Positions 9,645-18,614 are shown, counted from the first letter of the stretch. The stretch is 64,000 bases of DNA from an uncultured Pelagibacteraceae bacterium (GCA_902524285.1 CABZCR010000001.1:81774-145773); one strand, 5' to 3'. Program-made: numbers and translations. Notes: a model not told the origin generated them from the letters alone.

Positions 9645-9750
9645 CGGACGAACAAAGAACGAAAGCCCTTCGGGGAGTTTGTCGGCGGGAGGCCGAGTTT
9701 CGGGGCGGAATGGAGACCTTTAGGGGTTTGTGTTGCGCCCCGTTTTTTTT
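9645..9750 (+). ncRNA. candidate structured cis-regulatory RNA (riboswitch/attenuator-like leader) or small RNA, class unknown
   Basis: This GC-rich block sits in otherwise A/T-only spacer. It contains a C(UUCG)G hairpin at 9666-9675, hairpin TCGGC-GGGAG-GCCGA at 9682-9696 and a terminator helix plus T8. A possible extended -10 (TGCTAATAT) lies at 9629-9637. It ends 28 nt before the LysE-family start codon. Confidence 0.5.
9701..9750 (+). terminator. intrinsic terminator-like helix plus T8
   Basis: CGGGGCG (9701-9707) pairs with CGCCCCG (9736-9742), followed immediately by TTTTTTTT (9743-9750). The 28-nt loop may carry extra pairing. Confidence 0.6.
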
Positions 9751-9778
9751 GCTCCCTTAAATTCTACTGCTCGTTATT

Positions 9779-10405
9779 ATGATCTTTGATTTCTCATTAC
9801 TTTACTTTTTCATACCAGTTTTTTTCATAATATCCATTACCCCAGGTTTATGCATGACACTTGCTTTAACAATGGGAATTACAATAGGCGTAAAAAATAC
9901 AATGAAAATGATGGTTGGAGAATTAATCGGAGTTTTAATTGTGGCAGGTACAGCGGTGGTAGGAGGTGGAGCGATCATCTCTTCTTTTCCAATTGCATTT
10001 GCCGTTTTCAAATATGGAGGAGGTCTTTATTTGATGTTTGTTGGTTATCAGATGATTAACTCAAGAGGATCACTGGCATTAAATTTGGATGGTTCACATT
10101 CATTTGAAATAAATTTTTTTAAGTTAGCAATGCAAGGATTTATAACTGCTGTTGCGAATCCAAAAGGTTGGGCATTTTTTATTGCCATGGTACCTGCATT
10201 TATTAATTACGAAGCAAATTTAATTCCACAAATGTCAGCGCTCGTAATAATTATTCTTATGATTGAGTTTATTTCACTTATGATTTACGCAACAGGAGGT
10301 CAAGCTTTAGGCATTATGCTAAAAAAACAAAATAATATCAGGCTTATTAATGGTTTAGCAGGTTTCTTAATGGTAGGTGTTGGTGTCTGGTTAGCTCTTA
10401 GCTAA
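9779..10405 (+). CDS. LysE/RhtB family amino-acid exporter
   Basis: 208 aa with about 6 TM segments. The N-terminal SITPGLCMTLALTMG motif resembles the LysE-family PGP motif region. Confidence 0.8.
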   Translation: MIFDFSLLYFFIPVFFIISITPGLCMTLALTMGITIGVKNTMKMMVGELIGVLIVAGTAVVGGGAIISSFPIAFAVFKYGGGLYLMFVGYQMINSRGSLALNLDGSHSFEINFFKLAMQGFITAVANPKGWAFFIAMVPAFINYEANLIPQMSALVIIILMIEFISLMIYATGGQALGIMLKKQNNIRLINGLAGFLMVGVGVWLALS

Positions 10406-11133
10406 TGTTTTGAAAAAAGAATTCCTGGGCCAGCAGTACTATCAATTCCAGCCTCTCTTAACATTTGCCAGCTAATCGCCTGATTTGATGAGATTACTGG
10501 TTTATCCAATACTTTCTCTGCCTCATTGATAATCTTAAATGTTTTAAGGTTAGTACATGAAATAAATACAGCTTCACAATCCTGTTTACCAACTTCTAAT
10601 ATAGCTTTAAGGCTGTCTTTATCTGAAATCCTTGCAACGTTCTTATCATCGGATTCATTAAAAGAAATTTGATTTTGAATTATAAAATTATGACTATGTA
10701 AATGATCACGTAAAGATTTTGTTACTGACTCTTGATAAGGTGATACAAAATTTATTTTTCTACAGCCTAACGTAGTCATAGCTTTTTTTACAGCTCTTAT
10801 TGGATCAGTTACAAATGCCGATTTATGTTTTTTATTTATAAGACTTTCAATTTTATCTGAGCCAATAACTGTTGCGCCTGATGTGCAAGCATATCCAATA
10901 CTATTATACTGAATATCAGGTAATAGCGCAGATGCTGCTGGCAATTCTTTTTCCATAAGTTCAAGATTTTCATTGCTTACAATATTGTCACAGTAAATGC
11001 GTGAGTGATTGATTGATATACTTTGATCAAGAATGGTTCTGAATTCTTGCTCGATAGTTTCATCGCTCTGAAGAACGATCAACCCTAATCTCGCTTTGTA
11101 ATATCTATTGTCATCCAATTCATAATTTCTCAT
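10402..11133 (-). CDS. Asp/Glu/hydantoin racemase superfamily protein (maleate isomerase / arylmalonate decarboxylase-like, COG3473-type)
   Basis: 243 aa. It has LGLIVLQSDETIEQEF and two candidate catalytic cysteines (GYACTSGATV, FISCTNL), as in two-thiol isomerases and decarboxylases. Confidence 0.65.
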   Translation of the reverse strand: MRNYELDDNRYYKARLGLIVLQSDETIEQEFRTILDQSISINHSRIYCDNIVSNENLELMEKELPAASALLPDIQYNSIGYACTSGATVIGSDKIESLINKKHKSAFVTDPIRAVKKAMTTLGCRKINFVSPYQESVTKSLRDHLHSHNFIIQNQISFNESDDKNVARISDKDSLKAILEVGKQDCEAVFISCTNLKTFKIINEAEKVLDKPVISSNQAISWQMLREAGIDSTAGPGILFSKH

Positions 11134-12647
11134 ACAAAGGCCTTTTGTGATTTTAAGATAACACTTCGTGTTTCAGATGGATTAATTACTGCATCGATTT
11201 CAAGGTGAGCAGCAGCTTCTATGGCTTTACCTTTATCATAGAGTTTTTCAACTAGGCTATTGAATAATTCCTCTCTTTTTGAACTATCTTCAATTTTTTC
11301 TAACTCTTTTTTAAACCCAAGCTTTACAGCTCCTTCTAGCCCCATTGCTCCAAACTCACCTGTTGGCCATGCTGCTGTATATACTGGCTCATGAAGGCTA
11401 CCACCAACCATTGCCTGAGCTCCAAGTCCATAACCTTTTCTCAAAAAAATTGCAGTTAAAGGTACTTTTACTTTTGATCCTATCTTAAAGAGATTTGACA
11501 TTCTTCTAACAGCCCCTTCTTTCTCACTATCTGGTCCAACCATAAATCCAGGTGTATCAACAAGAGAGATAATTGGTAAGCCATATTCACTACATATTTC
11601 AATAAAAGAAGATGCTTTGTCTGCTCCTTCGGAGTCAATTGCACCACCTAAATGTTGACTATCATTTGCCAATAACCCAAAAGGCTTTCCCTCTATTCTA
11701 ATAAAGCATGAAACAATACCTTTTCCGTACTCAGGTCTTATTTCAGTAAATTGTTCAATATCAGAAATTATTTTTATAATATCTCGAACTGGATAAGACC
11801 ATCTTCTATCTTTGGGCATAATATCACTCAGCTTTGTCTGGTCATCAGCTTTCCAATCTTTAATTTCACCTTGAAAGTATGAGAGTATTTTCTTTGCAAT
11901 ATTAGTTGCGTCTTTCTCGTTTTCGGCAACATAATCAATTACTCCGTTATTTTTCTGAACATCCGTCGGCCCTATTTCTTTTGGATCAAACTTTCCAAGT
12001 CCACCACCTTCAATCATTGCAGGACCTGCCATTCCAATCCAAGAATTCTTTGTAGCAATTCTGATATCTGCACTTCCAAAAAGAGCTGCATTACCAGCAA
12101 AGCAAAATCCATTATTTATAGCAATTCTCAAGCATCTACCGTACAAGCTCGCCCAAAGAGCAAAAGAAGGCACATGTAAACCAGCAACAGATGTTGTTAC
12201 ATCTGTATCACCAGGTCTTCCACCTCCACCTTCAGTATAAATGACTATTGGAAGTTTAAACTCTTTTGCTTTTTCACATATACGATCAAGTTTCATGTGG
12301 TGAAAAAAACCTTGAGTACCTGCCAATACTGAATAGTCGTAAACTATACTGACCGCATCAGATTTTTCTTCACCAATTAGATCAGAATTAATTTTACAAA
12401 ATCCAGTTATAATACCATCTGCTGCAGTATCAATTTGAAGATCTTCGTATTTTCTTCTGTTTCTTTGAGCTGCTACCGCAAAAGCCCCGTACTCTAAAAA
12501 ACTTTCATTATCAACTAAGTGATCGAGATTTTCTCGTGCTGTTCTTAATCCAAGTTTATGTCTTTTGTTTTTTGCTTCAGTTCGAGTTTCATCACTTAAT
12601 TTTTGCAGTCTATCAAGAAATTGAGACAAATTAGGATTATCATTCAT
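11130..12647 (-). CDS. acyl-CoA carboxylase carboxyltransferase (beta-subunit-like) domain protein
   Basis: 505 aa with a two-lobed carboxyl-transferase architecture (GGGGRPGD, VDTPGFMVG, RKGYGLGAQAM). ATGA overlap with the downstream gene. Confidence 0.8.
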   Translation of the reverse strand: MNDNPNLSQFLDRLQKLSDETRTEAKNKRHKLGLRTARENLDHLVDNESFLEYGAFAVAAQRNRRKYEDLQIDTAADGIITGFCKINSDLIGEEKSDAVSIVYDYSVLAGTQGFFHHMKLDRICEKAKEFKLPIVIYTEGGGGRPGDTDVTTSVAGLHVPSFALWASLYGRCLRIAINNGFCFAGNAALFGSADIRIATKNSWIGMAGPAMIEGGGLGKFDPKEIGPTDVQKNNGVIDYVAENEKDATNIAKKILSYFQGEIKDWKADDQTKLSDIMPKDRRWSYPVRDIIKIISDIEQFTEIRPEYGKGIVSCFIRIEGKPFGLLANDSQHLGGAIDSEGADKASSFIEICSEYGLPIISLVDTPGFMVGPDSEKEGAVRRMSNLFKIGSKVKVPLTAIFLRKGYGLGAQAMVGGSLHEPVYTAAWPTGEFGAMGLEGAVKLGFKKELEKIEDSSKREELFNSLVEKLYDKGKAIEAAAHLEIDAVINPSETRSVILKSQKAFV

Positions 12648-12653
12648 ATTTGA

Positions 12654-13181
12654 TCAAAGCATTTTTTTTAATATAGGGTCTTTTTGTATGAGATAATGAT
12701 ACACAACAGCCCCTAAATGAATAGTGAAAAGAAGTACCAAAAAATATGCTGAAATAACATGAACAACGTGGAATTGGTCCGCAAGCTCGTAGTTAAAATA
12801 GTTAATGTGGACCCTAGATATAATAAAATTTACTTCCTCACCAGAAAGTAAAAGTTTTAAGATTCCACTGACAGTGATTAAAAAAAGCACAACATAAAAT
12901 AGTCCATGTACCGCTTTTGATGCTATTAATTGTAATTTATTTACAGCTGAAGTTATTGGCTTAGGATTCAAAAATTTCCAAATTAATCTGAGCAATGTTA
13001 TATAAAAAATACTCATACCAATAACAATATGTATATTTTCAACTGTTAATCTAAATTCAGAAAACTCTAAATTATCTAAATAGAGACCTAATGGTAATTG
13101 AAATAATAGTATTAAAAAGGTGAGCCAATGAAAGAGCCGAGCAAGAACCCCATAAGTACTATTGTCATTTTTAATTTTCAT
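12654..13181 (-). CDS. cytochrome b561 family protein
   Basis: 175 aa with 4 TM segments and His residues in the RLFHWLT and TIHLGAVVYH contexts typical of CybB-type b561. Confidence 0.8.
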   Translation of the reverse strand: MKIKNDNSTYGVLARLFHWLTFLILLFQLPLGLYLDNLEFSEFRLTVENIHIVIGMSIFYITLLRLIWKFLNPKPITSAVNKLQLIASKAVHGLFYVVLFLITVSGILKLLLSGEEVNFIISRVHINYFNYELADQFHVVHVISAYFLVLLFTIHLGAVVYHYLIQKDPILKKML

Positions 13182-13197
13182 AATATATATTTAAGAT

Positions 13198-13650
13198 ATG
13201 AAAATAATTTTGCAAATACTGCTTTCATCAATTTTAGCTTCTTTATTTTTTGTTTTTATTGGTTTCGCTGACGATCATGGAAAAATTATAAAAGAAAGAA
13301 AATCTTTATTTAAGCAAAATTACAGTCATGCAAAAAAAATGTCTGCAGAAATAGCAAGAGGCAACAAAGATAAAGTAATAGAGCTTTCTGAAAAAATGAG
13401 TACAAATTATGATAAGCTCATAGACCTTTTTCCTGATAACTCAAAAACAGGTTATGATACAGAAGCTTTACCAACTATTTGGCTTCAAAAAGATGAATTT
13501 AATGCTTTGATGATTGAAACCTCAGACAAAGTCAAAAAATTTACCCAAATTGCTGCTAACCTTACAGGAGATGAATTAAAAGAGGCTCAAAAGAATTTAA
13601 TTTGGTCAAGTTGCAAAGCTTGCCATGATAAATTTAGAATGCCTCACTAG
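13198..13650 (+). CDS. class II cytochrome c (cytochrome c'/c556-like)
   Basis: 150 aa. It has a signal peptide and looks like a four-helix bundle, with a single C-terminal heme motif CKACH. Confidence 0.75.
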   Translation: MKIILQILLSSILASLFFVFIGFADDHGKIIKERKSLFKQNYSHAKKMSAEIARGNKDKVIELSEKMSTNYDKLIDLFPDNSKTGYDTEALPTIWLQKDEFNALMIETSDKVKKFTQIAANLTGDELKEAQKNLIWSSCKACHDKFRMPH

Positions 13651-14069
13651 GCAATCACTGTCATTGAAATAATTCTTTTTATCCCAAGATCATTATTCTT
13701 GTACCGGTGCTCAAATAAATACACTCCTTGCCATATGCCAAGATCAAGTTTTTTTTCTTTAATTGGAATACTCAGTGTTGTGTTAGTCAGTGAAGATTTA
13801 ATATGTGCAGGCATATCATCCGGACCCTCCTCACTGTGTAAGTAATTATCGTTTTCGGGTACTATTTTGTCGTAGTAATTTTCTAAATCTTTAAGAACGT
13901 TCGGATCTGCATTTTCCTGAATAATTAGAGAGGCTGAAGTATGTTTGATGAATATAGTGCAGATACCTTTTGAAATTCTATGTTTGCTTATAGCTTGATT
14001 AATAATATCTGTAATATTGTAGAGGCCTTTACCTTCGACCACAATTTCAAGTTCTTTTTGAATTAACAT
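13647..14069 (-). CDS. YjbQ/UPF0047 family protein (secondary thiamine-phosphate synthase-like)
   Basis: 140 aa with HTSASLIIQENADP, DDMPAHIKSSL and GIWQGVYLFEHR. Confidence 0.85.
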   Translation of the reverse strand: MLIQKELEIVVEGKGLYNITDIINQAISKHRISKGICTIFIKHTSASLIIQENADPNVLKDLENYYDKIVPENDNYLHSEEGPDDMPAHIKSSLTNTTLSIPIKEKKLDLGIWQGVYLFEHRYKNNDLGIKRIISMTVIA

Positions 14070-14113
14070 TTTGATATAAATATATGTAAAATTAAATTAA
14101 GTTTACAACAACA

Positions 14114-15574
14114 ATGAAGAATAATGTATCCCTTTCTGACTCAGGGTGGAATTTGCAAAGTAATTATACCCAAATATCCGATAAGCTGTTCTCAGAATTA
14201 AAACCAGATGAAGTAACTAATCCAAGAACTGTTATTGTTAATTATGAACTGGCTAAAATGCTTGGTCTAAATTTAAAAAATATTTCAGAAAAAGACTTAT
14301 CCAATTTATTCTCAGGAAATACACTGCCTCATGGTTCAAGGCCATTTGCACAGGCTTATGCAGGACATCAATTTGGGCAATTTACAATTCTTGGTGATGG
14401 TAGAGCCCACGTCCTTGGTGAACAAGTAACTCCGGACGGTGAAATATTTGATATTCAGTATAAAGGTTCGGGGCGTACACCTTATTCAAGAGGAGGAGAT
14501 GGTAAGGCTGCATTGGGGCCAATGTTACGTGAATATCTGATTAGTGAAGCAATGTATCATTTAGGCATTCCAACTACGAGAAGTTTGGCGGTTGTTGAAA
14601 CTGGTGAAAAAGTCTACCGAGAAGTCCCTTTAAAAGGATCAATCTTAACTCGGGTAGCGAGTAGTCATATTAGAATCGGTACTTTCCAATTTTTGGCAGC
14701 GCACAAAGATTATGAAGGCATGCAAGCTCTTTTAGATTTTTCTATAAAAAGACATTTTTGTGATTTGAAATTTTCTAAAAATGTAACTGTTGAATTTATT
14801 CAAGCTGTTATGCATAAACAAATCAAATTGATAGTGGACTGGATGCGAGTTGGATTTATTCATGGTGTTATGAATACAGACAATTCAACAATATCTGGGG
14901 AGACTATTGATTATGGACCGTGTGCTTTTATGGATAGCTATGACGCTAAGACAGTCTTTAGCTCAATTGATACGCAAGGAAGATACTCTTTTGCTAATCA
15001 ACCCTCCATAATTCATTGGAACTTAGTAAGGTTGGCAGAGAGCTTGTTACCTCTCATTGATAAAAATGAAAAGAAATCAATTGAAATTGCTCAAAATACA
15101 CTAAATGAATTTAGTTCTTTATTTAAAAATGAATGGCTCCAAATGATGAGAAAAAAAATAGGAATAGAGGATCGCAGCGAGGAAGATGAAGAACTTATTA
15201 GTAACTTAGTCAATTGGATGCAAAATAAAAGCCCAGATTTTACAAATACTTTTTGCAATTTGATGAATTATAATCATGCAAATGATGAAGTGTTTGGTGA
15301 CAATGATTTTGGTACCTGGAAAAAAAATTGGCAAGAAAGAGTTAAAAATAAAGAATATTTAAAAACGATGATAAATACCAACCCAGTTTTAATTCCTAGA
15401 AATTATTTAGTTGAGGAAGCACTTAATGAGGCCGAAACGAAAGGAAAACTTAATAAATTTAATGATCTTAACAAAGCAATTTCATCGCCTTATCATATAG
15501 AAAAAGTAAATATAAAATACCTAATTACACCATGCAAAACTAATATTCCCTACAAAACTTTTTGTGGAACTTAA
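14114..15574 (+). CDS. selO: protein adenylyltransferase SelO (YdiU/UPF0061)
   Basis: 486 aa with AQAYAGHQFGQFTILGDGRA, YKGSGRTPYSRGGDG and HGVMNTDN. Confidence 0.9.
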   Translation: MKNNVSLSDSGWNLQSNYTQISDKLFSELKPDEVTNPRTVIVNYELAKMLGLNLKNISEKDLSNLFSGNTLPHGSRPFAQAYAGHQFGQFTILGDGRAHVLGEQVTPDGEIFDIQYKGSGRTPYSRGGDGKAALGPMLREYLISEAMYHLGIPTTRSLAVVETGEKVYREVPLKGSILTRVASSHIRIGTFQFLAAHKDYEGMQALLDFSIKRHFCDLKFSKNVTVEFIQAVMHKQIKLIVDWMRVGFIHGVMNTDNSTISGETIDYGPCAFMDSYDAKTVFSSIDTQGRYSFANQPSIIHWNLVRLAESLLPLIDKNEKKSIEIAQNTLNEFSSLFKNEWLQMMRKKIGIEDRSEEDEELISNLVNWMQNKSPDFTNTFCNLMNYNHANDEVFGDNDFGTWKKNWQERVKNKEYLKTMINTNPVLIPRNYLVEEALNEAETKGKLNKFNDLNKAISSPYHIEKVNIKYLITPCKTNIPYKTFCGT

Positions 15575-16329
15575 TACACTTTAAGTTTTTTTTCGAGGCG
15601 TCTCACTAAAAAAGAAACAACTAAAATAAGAACCAAATATTCTAAAACTAGAAAAGTATATATTTCTAACGGTCGATATTGACTAACTACTAGTTCATTA
15701 GCTTTTCTTGTTAATTCGTTCAGGCCAATAATTGATACCAAAGATGACATCTTCAGCATGTACACAAATTGGTTGCCTAATGCGGGTAGTATTATTCGAA
15801 CTGCTTGAGGGAGAGTTATATAATAAAAAATTTGGAAAAAACTCATTCCCATAGAAGAACCCGCCTCTTTCTGACCTTTTGGAACTGCTTGAATGCCAGA
15901 TCTAAAGATCTCAGCAATAAAAGGACTTTCACATATGCTCAATGCGATTATACCTGCAGTAAATGCAGTGAAATTAAGGTTTAGTAAAACTGGTAAACCA
16001 TAATAAACCCATAAAATCATGACTAAGACAGGTATCGCTCGTACAACTTCAGTGTAGCCAATATTAATAGCATTAAGCGTTCTATTCTTTGTAATGCTGG
16101 CCATAGAAACAATCAGACCTAAAAATATTGCTATTGTAATTGAAATAACAGACAGAATTATTGTATATCCAAGGCCTCCAATCAGAAATTCAATATTTGA
16201 CAGTCCAATTTTGTTATTAGGTAAAATAACATACCAGCCCCATTGATAATTTGATGAACAGCCTACTAATACTAAAAAAGTCAAAAGTATGATGAAGATT
16301 TTCATATTTTTAGCAATATTGAAATTCAT
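15571..16329 (-). CDS. amino-acid ABC transporter permease (His/Glu/Gln/Arg/opine family)
   Basis: 252 aa with the EAA-loop region GQKEAGSSMGMSFFQIFYYITLPQA. Confidence 0.85.
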   Translation of the reverse strand: MNFNIAKNMKIFIILLTFLVLVGCSSNYQWGWYVILPNNKIGLSNIEFLIGGLGYTIILSVISITIAIFLGLIVSMASITKNRTLNAINIGYTEVVRAIPVLVMILWVYYGLPVLLNLNFTAFTAGIIALSICESPFIAEIFRSGIQAVPKGQKEAGSSMGMSFFQIFYYITLPQAVRIILPALGNQFVYMLKMSSLVSIIGLNELTRKANELVVSQYRPLEIYTFLVLEYLVLILVVSFLVRRLEKKLKVY

Positions 16330-16344
16330 GATAAAAAATATAAT

Positions 16345-16378
16345 TATAATTTTTAAATATAAACGTATAATTTTTAAA
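16345..16378. repeat. two identical 13-mers TATAATTTTTAAA spaced 21 bp apart in a divergent promoter region
   Basis: 16345-16357 and 16366-16378 are identical. Each copy contains TATAAT. Confidence 0.7.
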
Positions 16379-16402
16379 AAATATTAAAAAAGGAAAAATC
16401 AA

Positions 16403-17167
16403 ATGAAGCTCATACAAGCCCTGTTAATCTCTTTAGTGTTATTTACCTCTTCTTTATCCAATGCATCAACACTTGATGAAATTATGCAAACAGGTGTACT
16501 AAAAGTTGGAACGACTGGCGATTTTCCAGGCTGGAGCTTTATGAATCCTGAAACTAATGAATACGAAGGTTACGATATTGATGTAGCAAAAAAATTAGCT
16601 GAAGATATGGGAGTTGATATTGAATTTGTAGCAACAGATTGGAAAAATCTTGTTTCGGGTGTAGTGGCTTCTAAATACCATATGACATCAAGCGCCTCTA
16701 TAACAACACAGAGAGCACTCACAGCCGGGTATTCAGATTCATATTATGGTACCGGAACAGTTGCAATGACACTTTCTAAAAACTCAGAAGATATTACGAG
16801 TTGGGATAATATTAATAACGCTGACACAACGGTTGCAGTTACGCTTGGTACTGTTTTTGAAAATGAAGCGAAAAAATCATTTCCTGACTCTAAAATTGTA
16901 ATGGTAGAAGCTCCTGCACGTGAATATCAAGAAGTTTTATCGGGCAGAGCCGATGTGTCATTGACAAGTAAAGTCGATGCTATGAAGCTGATTAATTTAT
17001 ACCCTGAGCTGTCAATTATAAATATTGATGAACCTAAAAATGCTAAGCTTTTTGCAATTCTATTACCAAGAGGTGATCAAGAATGGATAAACTTTATTAA
17101 TCATTGGATTTCAGATCAAAAAAATAAAGGTTTTTTTAATCAAACTGCATCTAAGTTTGGTTTATAA
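16403..17167 (+). CDS. amino-acid ABC transporter substrate-binding protein (family 3)
   Basis: 254 aa with a signal peptide and VGTTGDFPGWSF ... GYDIDVAKKLAEDMG, typical of polar amino-acid SBPs. Confidence 0.85.
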   Translation: MKLIQALLISLVLFTSSLSNASTLDEIMQTGVLKVGTTGDFPGWSFMNPETNEYEGYDIDVAKKLAEDMGVDIEFVATDWKNLVSGVVASKYHMTSSASITTQRALTAGYSDSYYGTGTVAMTLSKNSEDITSWDNINNADTTVAVTLGTVFENEAKKSFPDSKIVMVEAPAREYQEVLSGRADVSLTSKVDAMKLINLYPELSIINIDEPKNAKLFAILLPRGDQEWINFINHWISDQKNKGFFNQTASKFGL

Positions 17168-18501
17168 TTTTTTCGCATAAGATCAATTTGGTATACTGAA
17201 AATTTGTAAACAGCTGCTGCGAACATATAGTTAATTGTTAAAACAACTAAAAACATTGTAGTAAAATTAACTTGCAGATAAAGAACTGCTACTGAAAGCC
17301 CGCAAACTGGTAGTATAACCATTCTCATCAAATTAATTACCATTTGATAATTTGGTTTTTTAAGCCCTTGAAGTAATGCTGATGATATAAAGAAAATTGG
17401 ATAGCAGGGTCCTGCAAATGCAGCAATTTTTAGATAAGTGGATCCATAAAAAATAATTTCATCATTATCACTAAAAAAATACATTATGTAATCCGATGAA
17501 AAAAAAACAAACAGTCCGCAGATACCCATAAATAGAGTGCCATAAAAAATTGATCTAGTATATGTTTCATGAATTCTGACAAAATTCATGGCACCAAAAT
17601 TTTGACCAACTAAAGCAAGAGTTGAAGCATTTAAGCCTAATACAGGCAACAAAAAAAATTGTTCAAAGCGAATAGCTGCACCGTACCCGCCAGCGGAGTA
17701 ATCCCCATAAGTTGAAACATAAAATAATAATACAAAAACTCCTAAACCAATAAGCATCATTGAAATTGTAGCGGGAATTGTTTGACTAAATATTTCTTTT
17801 TGCAAATTATATTTTGGGATAAAACATTCAGGATTTAGAAATTTTTTTAAATTCGTTTTATTCACTTTTATAATAATATATATAAGGCCGAAAAGCTGTG
17901 AGCACAGTGTTGCAAAAGCTATGCCCTTAATTCCCATTGCAGGGATAAAATATAATCCATAAATGAATATTGGATTTAAAACTAAATTAAGAAAAAATGT
18001 GATTATCAAAACATTTCTCAAAGACTTCGTGTCCCCTCTTGAAACTAGAAATGAATTAATAGTTAATTGTAAGAAGAATAGAGAAGCACCAAGAAAAATT
18101 ATATCCATGTAATCTTTTGCATAGAATATAATTTCAGGATTTGTTTTTAAAAATTTCAGAATAGGTCCGGTTCCATAAATTCCTACCAATGTCACCAAAA
18201 ATGATATGATTAAACTGGTAAGAATAGCCTGCGCAAGAAGAAGAGATGCTTTTTTTTCGTCATTTTTTCCAATAGCATTTGAAATTAATGCTGTAACGCC
18301 TATAGATAAACCTGCCGTAAAACCAATTATTATAAAGTAAATTGGAAATGATTTCGCAATTGCTGTAATGGCATCAGGGGAAATTAATCCTGCAAACTTA
18401 ACATCTACTATATTATAGAGAGTTTGAAAAAGTGTTCCAATACTTGAAGGTATTGCAATTTGCCTTATTAAAGTTGGAATATTATCTTTAGTTAAGTCCA
18501 T
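17140..18501 (-). CDS. MATE family efflux transporter
   Basis: 453 aa with 12 TM segments. The N-terminus PSSIGTLFQTLYNIVDVKFAG is typical of NorM/MATE. Confidence 0.85.
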   Translation of the reverse strand: MDLTKDNIPTLIRQIAIPSSIGTLFQTLYNIVDVKFAGLISPDAITAIAKSFPIYFIIIGFTAGLSIGVTALISNAIGKNDEKKASLLLAQAILTSLIISFLVTLVGIYGTGPILKFLKTNPEIIFYAKDYMDIIFLGASLFFLQLTINSFLVSRGDTKSLRNVLIITFFLNLVLNPIFIYGLYFIPAMGIKGIAFATLCSQLFGLIYIIIKVNKTNLKKFLNPECFIPKYNLQKEIFSQTIPATISMMLIGLGVFVLLFYVSTYGDYSAGGYGAAIRFEQFFLLPVLGLNASTLALVGQNFGAMNFVRIHETYTRSIFYGTLFMGICGLFVFFSSDYIMYFFSDNDEIIFYGSTYLKIAAFAGPCYPIFFISSALLQGLKKPNYQMVINLMRMVILPVCGLSVAVLYLQVNFTTMFLVVLTINYMFAAAVYKFSVYQIDLMRKNYKPNLDAV

Positions 18502-18585
18502 AAAATCAAGTCATACCTTCTATTTAGATATTAGTATTTTACAAATATAAACATAAAGTTAATTTAATTATTATTATTAAAACAA

Positions 18586-18614
18586 TTTACTTTTAGTCCA
18601 TATGTAGCTATAAG
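18586..18614 (+). promoter_or_regulatory. candidate sigma70-type promoter of cspA (TTTACT-17-TATAAG)
   Basis: -35 at 18586-18591, 17-nt spacer, -10 at 18609-18614. This implies a roughly 70-nt 5' UTR, consistent with the long csp leaders known elsewhere. Confidence 0.3.

Noticed and set aside
9484-9723. 79-aa ORF from the track spanning the DUF2061 stop and the GC-rich element
   Set aside because: The translation is low-complexity AT-rich spacer (FFILGYGILIKYFLLNIDSY...) that runs into the structured GC-rich RNA region. It overlaps the end of a better gene and has no start context. I treat it as non-coding.
9645-9750. Possible yybP-ykoY (Mn2+) or guanidine riboswitch identity for the GC-rich element
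   Set aside because: There are partial look-alikes: GGGGAGU and AGACCUUU resemble Mn-riboswitch strands, and two ACGA tetranucleotides and CGGCGGGA resemble guanidine classes. However, their order, spacing and pairing partners do not fit the remembered consensus architectures. The downstream gene is RhtB/LysE-type, not MntP/TerC or a guanidine transporter. The element is left unassigned pending a covariance-model search.
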